From: Candidatus Nomurabacteria bacterium
GTDB lineage: Bacteria; Patescibacteriota; Minisyncoccia; Phycocordibacterales; UBA9973
Assembly (NCBI GenBank): GCA_037139835.1
Contig: JBAXFQ010000002.1
Span: 10,659 to 74,658 of the forward strand
Reading direction: 5' to 3'
Length of the DNA stretch: 64,000 nucleotides
The notes under the pieces: generated by a model
Databases searched by the model: none
What the model was told of the DNA's origin: nothing
The model's input: only the letters and a program-made list of their open reading frames with translations
Part shown: one piece after another, positions 48,319-56,317 of the stretch
Position numbering within the stretch: the first letter of the stretch is position 1
Layout of the letters: the number at the start of each line of letters is the position of its first letter
Translations under genes and position numbers: made by a program

Positions 48319-48840
48319 TTAAGCTTCCTTTATTTCTAAGAATGCCTCGATGACTACTTGATCTCCTATGAGAACACCTCCAGTCTCAAGTGCTACATTC
48401 CAGACTAGTCCGAAGTCGCTACGATTTATCTTTCCAAATAATTCAACTCCTATAACTTTCTCGCTCTCCATGCCTTTAGCTAGGTCACTTAGAGAAGCTT
48501 TCAATTCAACTTCTTTAGTTATATCTTTTATCGTTAAATTACCTTTTATACTTAGTTCATTCTTTACTCTTTTAACAGAAGTAGAAACGAAGGACATAGT
48601 AGGAAACTTTGCTGAGTCAAAAAAATCAGCACTCATAAGATGTTCATTCCTATCTTTGTTGTTCGTACTGATACTATTTGTATTAGTTGTAAAATTGATA
48701 GTCCCTCCGTCTAATGTGTCATCTTTTGCTGATATATTACCTTCAAAATCAGTAAATATACCTCGTATTGTTGATATCATTAAATGTCTAACCTTGAACG
48801 CTACTTCTGCATGAGCAGTATCTATTTTCCATGTATTCAT
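48319..48840 (-). CDS. YceI-family polyisoprenoid-binding protein
   Basis: WKID.AH.EV.FKVRHLMIS..RG.F, R.EHL.SADFFD and INRSDFGL.WN. Confidence 0.93.
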   Translation of the reverse strand: MNTWKIDTAHAEVAFKVRHLMISTIRGIFTDFEGNISAKDDTLDGGTINFTTNTNSISTNNKDRNEHLMSADFFDSAKFPTMSFVSTSVKRVKNELSIKGNLTIKDITKEVELKASLSDLAKGMESEKVIGVELFGKINRSDFGLVWNVALETGGVLIGDQVVIEAFLEIKEA

Positions 48841-48993
48841 GTTTTTTTTATTACAATCAACTTACTGACATTGCATGCTTGTAGTCAATATATTGATTAT
48901 TTTTAATTATCTTTAATATTCTTAATATACACTAGTTACTTTACAAAGTAAAGTACTTTACATTATACAGCACAAATGATACTATCTGTCTAT

Positions 48994-49281
48994 ATGAATA
49001 AAACAATACATACAAATTGCCCTATAGCTAAAACAGCCCAGCTACTATCTGACTCTTGGACTATGCTTATTATTCGTGATTTATTGGGCAATAGTATGCG
49101 TTTTTGTGAAATAGAGACTTCTCTTGATGGTATTAGTAGCCGCACCTTGGCTTTAAAGTTGAAACGTTTAGAAGAGGAGAAGATAATAAAAAAATCAGAA
49201 TTATACTATTCACTTACAGCTCAGGGGAAAAAATTAAAAAAAGTTATAGATGCTATGGAATCTTGGGGTAAGACATTATAA
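48994..49281 (+). CDS. HxlR-family winged-helix regulator
   Basis: CPI...A.LL...W..LIIRDL..RF.E...L.GIS.RTL..KLK.LE; divergent from yceI. Confidence 0.9.
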   Translation: MNKTIHTNCPIAKTAQLLSDSWTMLIIRDLLGNSMRFCEIETSLDGISSRTLALKLKRLEEEKIIKKSELYYSLTAQGKKLKKVIDAMESWGKTL

Positions 49282-49298
49282 TTTTAAATATAAAATAT

Positions 49299-50096
49299 AT
49301 GAATAAATATAAAATGCCAGTTATCTTTGTTGGGCACGGTAGTCCTATGAATGCAATAGAAGATAACGAATTTACAAAGAATTTTAAAAAAGTAGCTAAG
49401 GGTATACCAAAGCCGAAGGCTATCATTTGCATATCAGCACATTGGGTTACAGAGGGTACTAAAGTAACAGCTATGGAAAAGCCTAAAACCATTCATGACT
49501 TTTATGGATTTCCTGAAGAGTTATATAATATAGAATATCCTGCTGTTGGAAGCTTGAAATTAGCTGAAGAGATAAAGAGCTTGCTTTCAGATACTACAGT
49601 TGAGTCAGATTATAGCTGGGGTCTTGATCATGGTACTTGGTCTGTACTTAGACACATGTATCCTGATGCGGATGTACCTGTAGTTCAGATAAGTCTAGAT
49701 TATAATAAATCATCTAAAGAACATTTTGATTTAGCCAAAAATCTTTCAAAACTTCGTGAAGAAGGAATTTTGATAATAGGGAGTGGGGATATAGTTCACA
49801 ACTTGAGAGAAATAGACTTTAAAAATATTGAAACTCATGATTATGGATATGATTGGGCAAAAAGGATACAGAAAGATATAAATAAGGATATACTCGAAGA
49901 CCATTTTGAGAATATATATAATTATGATGATAAGAATAGTGATTATAATCTAGCTATACCTACGCCAGAACATTTTTGGCCGCTTCTGTATGTACTAGGC
50001 TTAAAAGAAGAGTCAGATAATATAGAAATATGGAATGATATACTTGTTGGAGGATCTCTAAGTATGACCTCTATAACTGCTTCAAATTCCAAATAA
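49299..50096 (+). CDS. ygiD: 4,5-DOPA extradiol dioxygenase (LigB family)
   Basis: FVGHGSPMNA, ISAHW, TIHDFYGFP, GLDHGTW and PTPEHFWPL. Confidence 0.92.
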   Translation: MNKYKMPVIFVGHGSPMNAIEDNEFTKNFKKVAKGIPKPKAIICISAHWVTEGTKVTAMEKPKTIHDFYGFPEELYNIEYPAVGSLKLAEEIKSLLSDTTVESDYSWGLDHGTWSVLRHMYPDADVPVVQISLDYNKSSKEHFDLAKNLSKLREEGILIIGSGDIVHNLREIDFKNIETHDYGYDWAKRIQKDINKDILEDHFENIYNYDDKNSDYNLAIPTPEHFWPLLYVLGLKEESDNIEIWNDILVGGSLSMTSITASNSK

Positions 50097-50217
50097 TTTT
50101 TTGGTATTTTTACGATATATGACCAAATAGATGAATATTGACACTACTATGCAATAGTTGTATATTTCATCTATATTTGTCCTTTATATACTTAAATATT
50201 CTTAAAAAAAATTAATT

Positions 50218-50976
50218 ATGAAAAAAATCAATTTAATTTTATTGTTTGTTTTTGGGTTGTTCTTAGTTATTCTTAATGGATGTAAAAAAGATAAGGAAAC
50301 AAGAGTTTTTGTTGCTTCGGGACATCCAGCCTGGGCACCTATTATGTATCAAGAGGGTAATCAGATTATTGGAGCTGGCCCTGAGATTGCAGATATGATC
50401 TTTAAAGAGCTTGATTTAAAAGTTTTATTTCCGTATGAAGGCCTCTGGGATGTTGTTCAAGCAAAAACTAAGAGTGGAGAAATTGACATGATTGTAGCTG
50501 CGTATAAGACAGCTGAAAGGGAGACTTATATGGATTATTCTGTGATCTATACAGTTGATCCAGTATCTATCTTTGTTAAAAAAGGAAAAACTTTCCCGTT
50601 TGTTAACTGGAATGAACTTTTGAGTAAAAAGGGAGTTGTAACTACTGGTGATAGCTATGGTCAGGCTTTTGATCAATATATCAAAAATAGTCTATCTGTT
50701 GCCTCTGTAACTACTCCTGATGAAGCCTTCAATCTTCTCCTTACTGACCAGGCAGATTATTTTGTTTATGCATACTATTCTGGAACTAATTACTTAACAA
50801 GTAAGAATTTGAATAGTCAAATAGAAGTTTTATCGAACTACGTTAGTTCTGAAAACTTTTATATGTGTATTTCAAAAAAATCACCACTTTTAGTATATCT
50901 TCCAAAAATTAATTCAATTCTTGAAAGATACAAGAATGATGGGACTATCGATCGAGTGATCCAAAAGTATAAATAA
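50218..50976 (+). CDS. Orphan substrate-binding lipoprotein (family 3, amino-acid type)
   Basis: Lipobox LNG-C, WAP..Y, G.IDM....KT.ER and DGTIDR...KY; no permease or ATPase adjacent. Confidence 0.85.
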   Translation: MKKINLILLFVFGLFLVILNGCKKDKETRVFVASGHPAWAPIMYQEGNQIIGAGPEIADMIFKELDLKVLFPYEGLWDVVQAKTKSGEIDMIVAAYKTAERETYMDYSVIYTVDPVSIFVKKGKTFPFVNWNELLSKKGVVTTGDSYGQAFDQYIKNSLSVASVTTPDEAFNLLLTDQADYFVYAYYSGTNYLTSKNLNSQIEVLSNYVSSENFYMCISKKSPLLVYLPKINSILERYKNDGTIDRVIQKYK

Positions 50977-51075
50977 ATTTAAAGTTTATTTATTAAAAAA
51001 CGGCAGAAGTTCTGTCGTTTTTTTATTTATATTAATTTTGTTTAACTTAAATATTAATTCTGATACAATGTGTAT

Positions 51076-51507
51076 ATGATAAAAGAAGGAACAAAAATAA
51101 TAGATTTTAGTCTTGTTGATCAAGACAAAGTAGTACACAAATTATCAGATTATTCTACAGGTCGCGTGCTTTTGTATTTTTACCCCAAAGATGATACTCC
51201 TGGATGTACAAAAGAAGCATGTATGATAACAGAAGTTTATGATGATTTTATAAAGGCAGGAATCACTGTTCTAGGTGTATCCTCTGATTCACCAGAGAGT
51301 CATAAGAAATTTAAAGAAAAATATAATTTACCTTTTACTCTTTTGTCAGATACAGACAAAAAGGTTATTAAGGATTATGGAGCTTCTTCTTTATTATTCA
51401 CCAAAAGAATTTCATATCTTATAGATAAAGGGGTAATAATCAAAGTTTATCCGAAAGTTGACCCTGCAACTCATGCGATAGAAATATTAAAAGAAATAGG
51501 AATATAA
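51076..51507 (+). CDS. bcp: Peroxiredoxin, BCP type
   Basis: LYFYPKDDTPGCTKEAC and KYNLPFTLLSD. Confidence 0.93.
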   Translation: MIKEGTKIIDFSLVDQDKVVHKLSDYSTGRVLLYFYPKDDTPGCTKEACMITEVYDDFIKAGITVLGVSSDSPESHKKFKEKYNLPFTLLSDTDKKVIKDYGASSLLFTKRISYLIDKGVIIKVYPKVDPATHAIEILKEIGI

Positions 51508-51548
51508 TACCAAATAAAAACTCCCGAACGGGAATTTTAATTATATTT

Positions 51549-51602
51549 TATAATCAAGTTCGATAAAATTAGAATTAGATTGTAAGGGGCATAAGGGGAT
51601 TT
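51549..51602 (+). repeat. Cassette boundary repeat R1 (degenerate)
   Basis: tataatcaagttcgataaaattagaattagattgtaaggggcataaggggattt. Confidence 0.75.
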
Positions 51603-51655
51603 TGATGAAAAAAATAATCACTTGACAAAATATTTCTATGTGATATGATATTAAC

Positions 51656-51870
51656 CGAGTAGTCTAGTATGTTTCAAACTTTCATTTTGAAATTAGCCCG
51701 AGACAAAAGGCTGGTATTCGTTTCAAAAAACTCATGGCGATGAGAAAAGCAGAGATCGCCATCTCTGAGAGAAACATGAATACAGAACGATAAAATATCT
51801 TTTAATAAATTTTGTAATAAAAAAATTCTAATTTAAAGCACCGTCATAATTTTGGCGGTGTATTTATTTT
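51656..51870 (+). ncRNA. Candidate structured sRNA with a pseudoknot
   Basis: Promoter TTGACA 51622 / TATGAT 51644; ATGGCGAT/ATCGCCAT stem whose loop CAGAG can pair with downstream CTCTG; terminator at 51839-51870. Confidence 0.35.
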
Positions 51871-51962
51871 TATTTAAAATATATAAGTATTTTAAAAATT
51901 AACTAGACAAAACGAGATATTTGGGGTAATGTGGAGAAAATTCACAATTAAAAATTAACACG

Positions 51963-52469
51963 ATGAAAAAGGTTTATTTTTTTAGTCTATTGATTACTGG
52001 AATTCTATACGGGAATGTTGGTAGGGCTCAGTGTATAGAGAAGTTGATTTTATCTACAACATTAGATGAAATTTCTGATGTTATTGATAATAATGTCTCT
52101 TGTATAAAAGAGACATTAAATAATCAAAAATATGAAAAGTTTAAATTTAAGATAAATTATTTATATAAAACTTCTTATATTTGGGTTTATCATAAAAATC
52201 CGGAGAAAGAAAGATTGTTTAATAAATTTTATCAAACCTATGGATATTTATATCCTAGTCTGTTATCCATTAAACCAACTTCTGGCATCTTTTATGATGC
52301 TCTAAATGAAATGATTGCTAGCGACCCTAAGTACTTTTCTCAAATTCAGAAAACAAATATTCCACTCAAATATATACAGTGGATGAGAGTCAAAGGTTTG
52401 AAAGAAAAATTTGGTGAAGCAAGCGTCATCCGGTTAATGCAATCTGCTTCTAAAATTATTGATATGTAG
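51963..52469 (+). CDS. Hypothetical secreted protein (cassette 1)
   Basis: Signal peptide ending GRA-Q. Confidence 0.7.
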   Translation: MKKVYFFSLLITGILYGNVGRAQCIEKLILSTTLDEISDVIDNNVSCIKETLNNQKYEKFKFKINYLYKTSYIWVYHKNPEKERLFNKFYQTYGYLYPSLLSIKPTSGIFYDALNEMIASDPKYFSQIQKTNIPLKYIQWMRVKGLKEKFGEASVIRLMQSASKIIDM

Positions 52470-52507
52470 TTTAGACAATAAATTTTTTAAAAAGAAAGGA
52501 GAATAGG

Positions 52508-52542
52508 ATACTCTGCAGACATAATCTGTGGAGTATTTTTTT
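52508..52542. terminator. Terminator, near-identical to 55187-55224
   Basis: ATACTCTGCAGA-loop-TCTGTGGAGTAT followed by a T-run. Confidence 0.8.
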
Positions 52543-52546
52543 AATC

Positions 52547-52601
52547 TATGACCCTAGGGGGCAAAATTAGAACTAAATTGTAGGGAAGATAAGGAGGATT
52601 T
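52547..52601 (+). repeat. Cassette boundary repeat R2
   Basis: tatgaccctagggggcaaaattagaactaaattgtagggaagataaggaggattt. Confidence 0.8.
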
Positions 52602-52809
52602 GGGATTTTGAGATTAAACAATAATTTTAACTATTGACATGAAATATTAGCAGTTGTATAAATACAATATATATAGCTCTTTGAAAACGAATATTTTTTT
52701 CGTCGTCAGACATAAGGTTTTGATACTTTATGCCTGGCGATGATGAACATTTCCAGGTCTGTGCTAATGTTGGCATAGAAATCGACGGTGATCGTCGAAA
52801 GGAGACAAT

Positions 52810-53352
52810 ATGTTACTTAATTTTTTTGATGGTGATTATGATTTTACGGGTGAAGGTATCTTTTTAATGGCTATTATTATGTTGGTTTTTTTTCTAAATT
52901 ATTTTTATTTTAAACCCAAAAAAATAATTGAAGAAATCGCTTTGAAAAAAAGTAAAGAAGAATGGAAACTAAAAAATGATGAATTGAACAGAATTAATAT
53001 TGAAAATGAAAAGAATCAATTTGCACTTTATAAGTTTGGTGTAAAATTGGGTACAAATTTACAAAGTAATAATTATGCTTACGACGAAATTATTCGCATT
53101 GTAAATTTAATAGCCATAAATGTATCACAGTTGTGCGTAGAACAAGACAAAATAAATAGAAGTGATTCTAAGATTTGGGAAAAAAAATGCATCGACGAAC
53201 AATTGAAAGAAATAAAAACTAAATGGGCTGAGATGAGAGAATCTGCTGTTTATATTAAATCTGATTTAATTAATCATTTGCCACATTTCAGTGAATATGA
53301 ACCATTGAAGAGTTACAATGCAGAGAATAATCTCAGAAAAAAATCTATATAA
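52810..53352 (+). CDS. Hypothetical single-TM protein (cassette 2)
   Basis: AAGGAG SD, N-terminal TM and helical body; promoter TTGACA at 52634. Confidence 0.7.
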   Translation: MLLNFFDGDYDFTGEGIFLMAIIMLVFFLNYFYFKPKKIIEEIALKKSKEEWKLKNDELNRINIENEKNQFALYKFGVKLGTNLQSNNYAYDEIIRIVNLIAINVSQLCVEQDKINRSDSKIWEKKCIDEQLKEIKTKWAEMRESAVYIKSDLINHLPHFSEYEPLKSYNAENNLRKKSI

Positions 53353-53420
53353 TTTTAAAAATTATATTAACTGAAAGTTAAATTAAAGAGGTCATTTGAA
53401 TTTTATTCAATGACCTTTTT

Positions 53421-53465
53421 TATGGCCCAGTGGGTTGGAGTCGGAACCAGATTGTAGGGAATATG
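53421..53465 (+). repeat. Cassette boundary repeat R3
   Basis: tatggcccagtgggttggagtcggaaccagattgtagggaatatg. Confidence 0.8.
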
Positions 53466-53621
53466 ATATATTTTTTAAATTAATAGTTATTGACAAAATA
53501 ATATAAATATGTTATTTTAGAAGGTAATTATGGATCTTTAAATATTCTGTTTTTTAATATTTGGTGGATGATCTCTGTCTCTTGATTGGAGGTTGAGATA
53601 ATTCACTAAAAATAAAAAAAC

Positions 53622-54248
53622 ATGAAAAAAATTTTAGTTGTTGGTGGAACAGGCTTTATTGGTGTAGCTATTACCAATAAATTGAAAGCTAAATATTTTA
53701 GTTTTAATGTTATCAGTGTGGGGCATTCAGAACTTGATGTCACAAATTTAGATAGCATATCTAAATTTTATATTAATAATGTTAATAATGAAATATTCGA
53801 TGGAATTATATATTCTGTTGGTAATTGCCCTCCATATGGATTTATAGAGGAAGTAAAAAATCCATTATTAAATCTTGATCCTAGTAAGTTAAATGATGAT
53901 TTCGATCTTCATGTAACTGGACTCTTAAGGGTAATTCAAATGATGAAAAATAATCTTAGCTCAAGTGCGAAGATAGTCGTCATTAGTTCCGGTATTACAA
54001 TGGTTACGGATGAGACTTGCCCTCCAACTCTTTTTGCTGGTCATTATGCTACTGTTAAGTCTGCTCAAGACGAACTTGTAAAATGGCTTAATCGAGATCA
54101 ATTTTTTCTAAAAAAAGGAATTTCGGTTAAAAGCTTAAAGTTGAGGTCTATAGATACACCATTCCACTGGAAAGAACCAGTTGAACTTAAATCGCCATTT
54201 ATGATGTCTCTGGATGATGCATCGGAAATGATTCTAAAAGAATTATAA
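53622..54248 (+). CDS. SDR-like NAD(P)-dependent oxidoreductase (cassette 3)
   Basis: GGTGFIG, LDVT, VVISSG and YATVK (YxxxK). Confidence 0.8.
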   Translation: MKKILVVGGTGFIGVAITNKLKAKYFSFNVISVGHSELDVTNLDSISKFYINNVNNEIFDGIIYSVGNCPPYGFIEEVKNPLLNLDPSKLNDDFDLHVTGLLRVIQMMKNNLSSSAKIVVISSGITMVTDETCPPTLFAGHYATVKSAQDELVKWLNRDQFFLKKGISVKSLKLRSIDTPFHWKEPVELKSPFMMSLDDASEMILKEL

Positions 54249-54294
54249 AATTATTAAGGAAGCCAATACAAATTCGTATTGGTTTTTTTATTTG

Positions 54295-54345
54295 TATGCT
54301 GATTTAGAAAAATTGGAACCAGGTACTAGGAATATAAGGGGATTT
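54295..54345 (+). repeat. Cassette boundary repeat R4
   Basis: tatgctgatttagaaaaattggaaccaggtactaggaatataaggggattt. Confidence 0.75.
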
Positions 54346-54436
54346 AAGTTATTTAAATATTATTGACAAAGTAGCGTAAATATGCTATTATTTGAAAGTA
54401 AAATTGTTATTCGAAATCATTTTAATTTAATATGTT

Positions 54437-55150
54437 ATGAAAAACCTGTTTCTGTTGTTTGTTTTATCGTTCTCATTTATTAGTAGTATTTATTCTCAAA
54501 CAGTGACTTTGGTCACTACCACAAACGGTATTGCTCCCATCCCAGCTTTTACTTTGGGTGAGCCGGCAACACTTGTGTTTTTAAACACAAACCTGAGTAA
54601 GCATTTTAGCTTTTCTCCGGATATTGCTTTTTCAACAAAAGATGGCAGCTTTTGGTTTTCAGATTTGTGGTTGAGATATCACACAGAACTGGATTCAGCA
54701 AATAAGTGGAATATGATTGTGGGAGTGGATTACCCCTCATTCATCGGAGGATCCTCAAAAAATGCTAGTGGAAAAAAGATTTCTACGACTTCTATCTATC
54801 CTACTGGCCAATTTTGTTTAGAAAGAAAAATAGGAGTGAATAATTTATTGGTTTTAGACTATTGGTATTTAAAAGCTACTGATATGTCTACCGGTATAAA
54901 GGGAAGTTATCTTAGTTTGTCTTTTTACTACAATAAACCTTTAAAAGATTTTTCTTTTGGATTACATCCAAATCTTTTCTATCTGAATTATTCAGACGGC
55001 ACCAAGGGATTTGTAGGAGCCTTGGATGTAAGGTTTTCTCATAACAAATCCGGATTATTTATTGCTAGTCAGGGGATGTCTCCCTTGGGAGCAGAAAGAG
55101 TAAAATCTGGTTGGAACTTGTCTGTGGGAATTACCAGAAAAATGTTTTAA
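54437..55150 (+). CDS. Secreted protein resembling an outer-membrane beta-barrel (cassette 4)
   Basis: Signal peptide ending IYS-Q, amphipathic aromatic strands and C-terminal WNLSVGITRKMF. Confidence 0.6.
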   Translation: MKNLFLLFVLSFSFISSIYSQTVTLVTTTNGIAPIPAFTLGEPATLVFLNTNLSKHFSFSPDIAFSTKDGSFWFSDLWLRYHTELDSANKWNMIVGVDYPSFIGGSSKNASGKKISTTSIYPTGQFCLERKIGVNNLLVLDYWYLKATDMSTGIKGSYLSLSFYYNKPLKDFSFGLHPNLFYLNYSDGTKGFVGALDVRFSHNKSGLFIASQGMSPLGAERVKSGWNLSVGITRKMF

Positions 55151-55186
55151 CTGTATTAATTAAAATTTTAAAATGAAAGAAAAATA

Positions 55187-55224
55187 ATACTCTGCAGATA
55201 TAAAATCTGTGGAGTATTTTTTTT
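55187..55224. terminator. Terminator, near-identical to 52508-52542
   Basis: ATACTCTGCAGAT-ATAAA-ATCTGTGGAGTAT followed by a T-run. Confidence 0.8.
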
Positions 55225-55227
55225 GTC

Positions 55228-55282
55228 TGTGACCCAAGTGGGACAAAATTGGAACCAGATTGTAGGGGATATAAGGGAATTT
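55228..55282 (+). repeat. Cassette boundary repeat R5 (most intact)
   Basis: tgtgacccaagtgggacaaaattggaaccagattgtaggggatataagggaattt; the TGTGACC core is identical to 55699-55705 at the tRNA end. Confidence 0.85.
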
Positions 55283-55298
55283 AGTTTATAAACTAAAG

Positions 55299-55616
55299 TT
55301 AATTAAAACTGTTACCGAATGCTATTCCAGAAATAATAAAAACTAAAATGACGGATATTATTAAAATATAATTAATTGTATTATATATTTTTTTATTTTC
55401 TGAAAATATGGAAATTATTGATATTATTATTATAAATGATAAAAATGGAAAAACTATTGGTCCGTCTCCTTTATTAAATGTAAATCCATGGCTTATATAA
55501 GCCATAGTTTGCAGCCCTGAAATAATTATAAAAATAGAAGGTATGATCATTTTCCCAAAACTTTTCTTACTAACGGTTGTTTGTTGTTTAATATCTTTAT
55601 TTTGTAAATTTTCCAT
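55299..55616 (-). CDS. Hypothetical 3-TM membrane protein (cassette 5)
   Basis: 105 aa with three hydrophobic segments. Confidence 0.65.
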   Translation of the reverse strand: MENLQNKDIKQQTTVSKKSFGKMIIPSIFIIISGLQTMAYISHGFTFNKGDGPIVFPFLSFIIIISIISIFSENKKIYNTINYILIISVILVFIISGIAFGNSFN

Positions 55617-55700
55617 ATAAACATTGTATCAGATTTCAAATCATAAATATATCCCGTGGGTTACAAAAAAGATACTTATAAAATAAGCTCAAAAAATTTG

Positions 55701-55772
55701 TGACCTTACGGGGAATCGGACCCCGATTACCGCCTTGAGAAGGCGATGTCCTAACCGTTAGACGATAAGGCC
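55701..55772 (-). tRNA. tRNA-Glu(CTC)
   Basis: GGCCTTATCGTCTAACGGTTAGGACATCGCC-TTCTCAA-GGCGGTAATCGGGG-TCCGATT-CCCCGTAAGGTCA. Confidence 0.92.
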
Positions 55773-55857
55773 AAACTTAAATACTATTACAAAATACCAG
55801 AAAATAAGCTTTTTTACAAGAAAATAGCCCGCTAATTTCTAAGCGGGCTATCGGTCT

Positions 55858-56112
55858 TTAGTGTACATCACAGCCGACATAAAAGTCTTCCATTGTTAGT
55901 CTTGATTTGATCTTTTTCATGTGATCATAAACCCATTGATCTAAATCATCAATTGAATTAAAAACATCGATGTCAGTTGGTATTTTTTCGATTTCCTGTT
56001 TAATTTTATTTGAAGACAAAAAAGCGTCTTTGTATTGCTCTTCTGTTATTTCTTCTTCAAATAAAAAAAACTCTTCTTGCAAAGATAAATTTTTTATAAA
56101 TTTATTTTCCAT
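55858..56112 (-). CDS. Small acidic hypothetical protein
   Basis: 84 aa; upstream TATAAT and a downstream hairpin at 55824-55851. Confidence 0.55.
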   Translation of the reverse strand: MENKFIKNLSLQEEFFLFEEEITEEQYKDAFLSSNKIKQEIEKIPTDIDVFNSIDDLDQWVYDHMKKIKSRLTMEDFYVGCDVH

Positions 56113-56317
56113 ATCGTGATAAATTTAAGTTTGAAATTATAATACCATTTTTATTTATAAAGTCAAAACTATTTATCATAGATAATTAATCTATGTGTAT
56201 AAGTATTTGACAATATTTTGTATTATTATATAATTTTATCGAATTGATCTAGTCGGTTTTTGGTGGATTTAAGGAGATATCATATGTCTTTTTAAACTCA
56301 CCAAAAACTAACATGCC

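Larger units (their letters stand above)
51549..55705. mobile_element. Putative tRNA-Glu-anchored cassette array (5 units)
   Basis: Five ~55-bp homologous repeats separate promoter-ORF-terminator units and end at the tRNA-Glu 3' end. Confidence 0.65.

Noticed and set aside
50118-50143. TATGACC before a TTGACA promoter as a possible sixth cassette boundary
   Set aside because: Only the 7-bp core matches; the GAACCAGATTGTAGG block is missing.
51734-51770. GGCGATG..TCGCCAT resembling a fluoride riboswitch
   Set aside because: Loop length and the 3' CUGAUG element do not fit, and no fluoride-related gene follows.
51549-55282. CRISPR array or classical integron attC sites
   Set aside because: Spacing is 0.9-1.0 kb with whole genes between repeats. 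The repeats are degenerate and non-palindromic, lack RYYYAAC/GTTRRRY ends, and no cas or intI gene is present.
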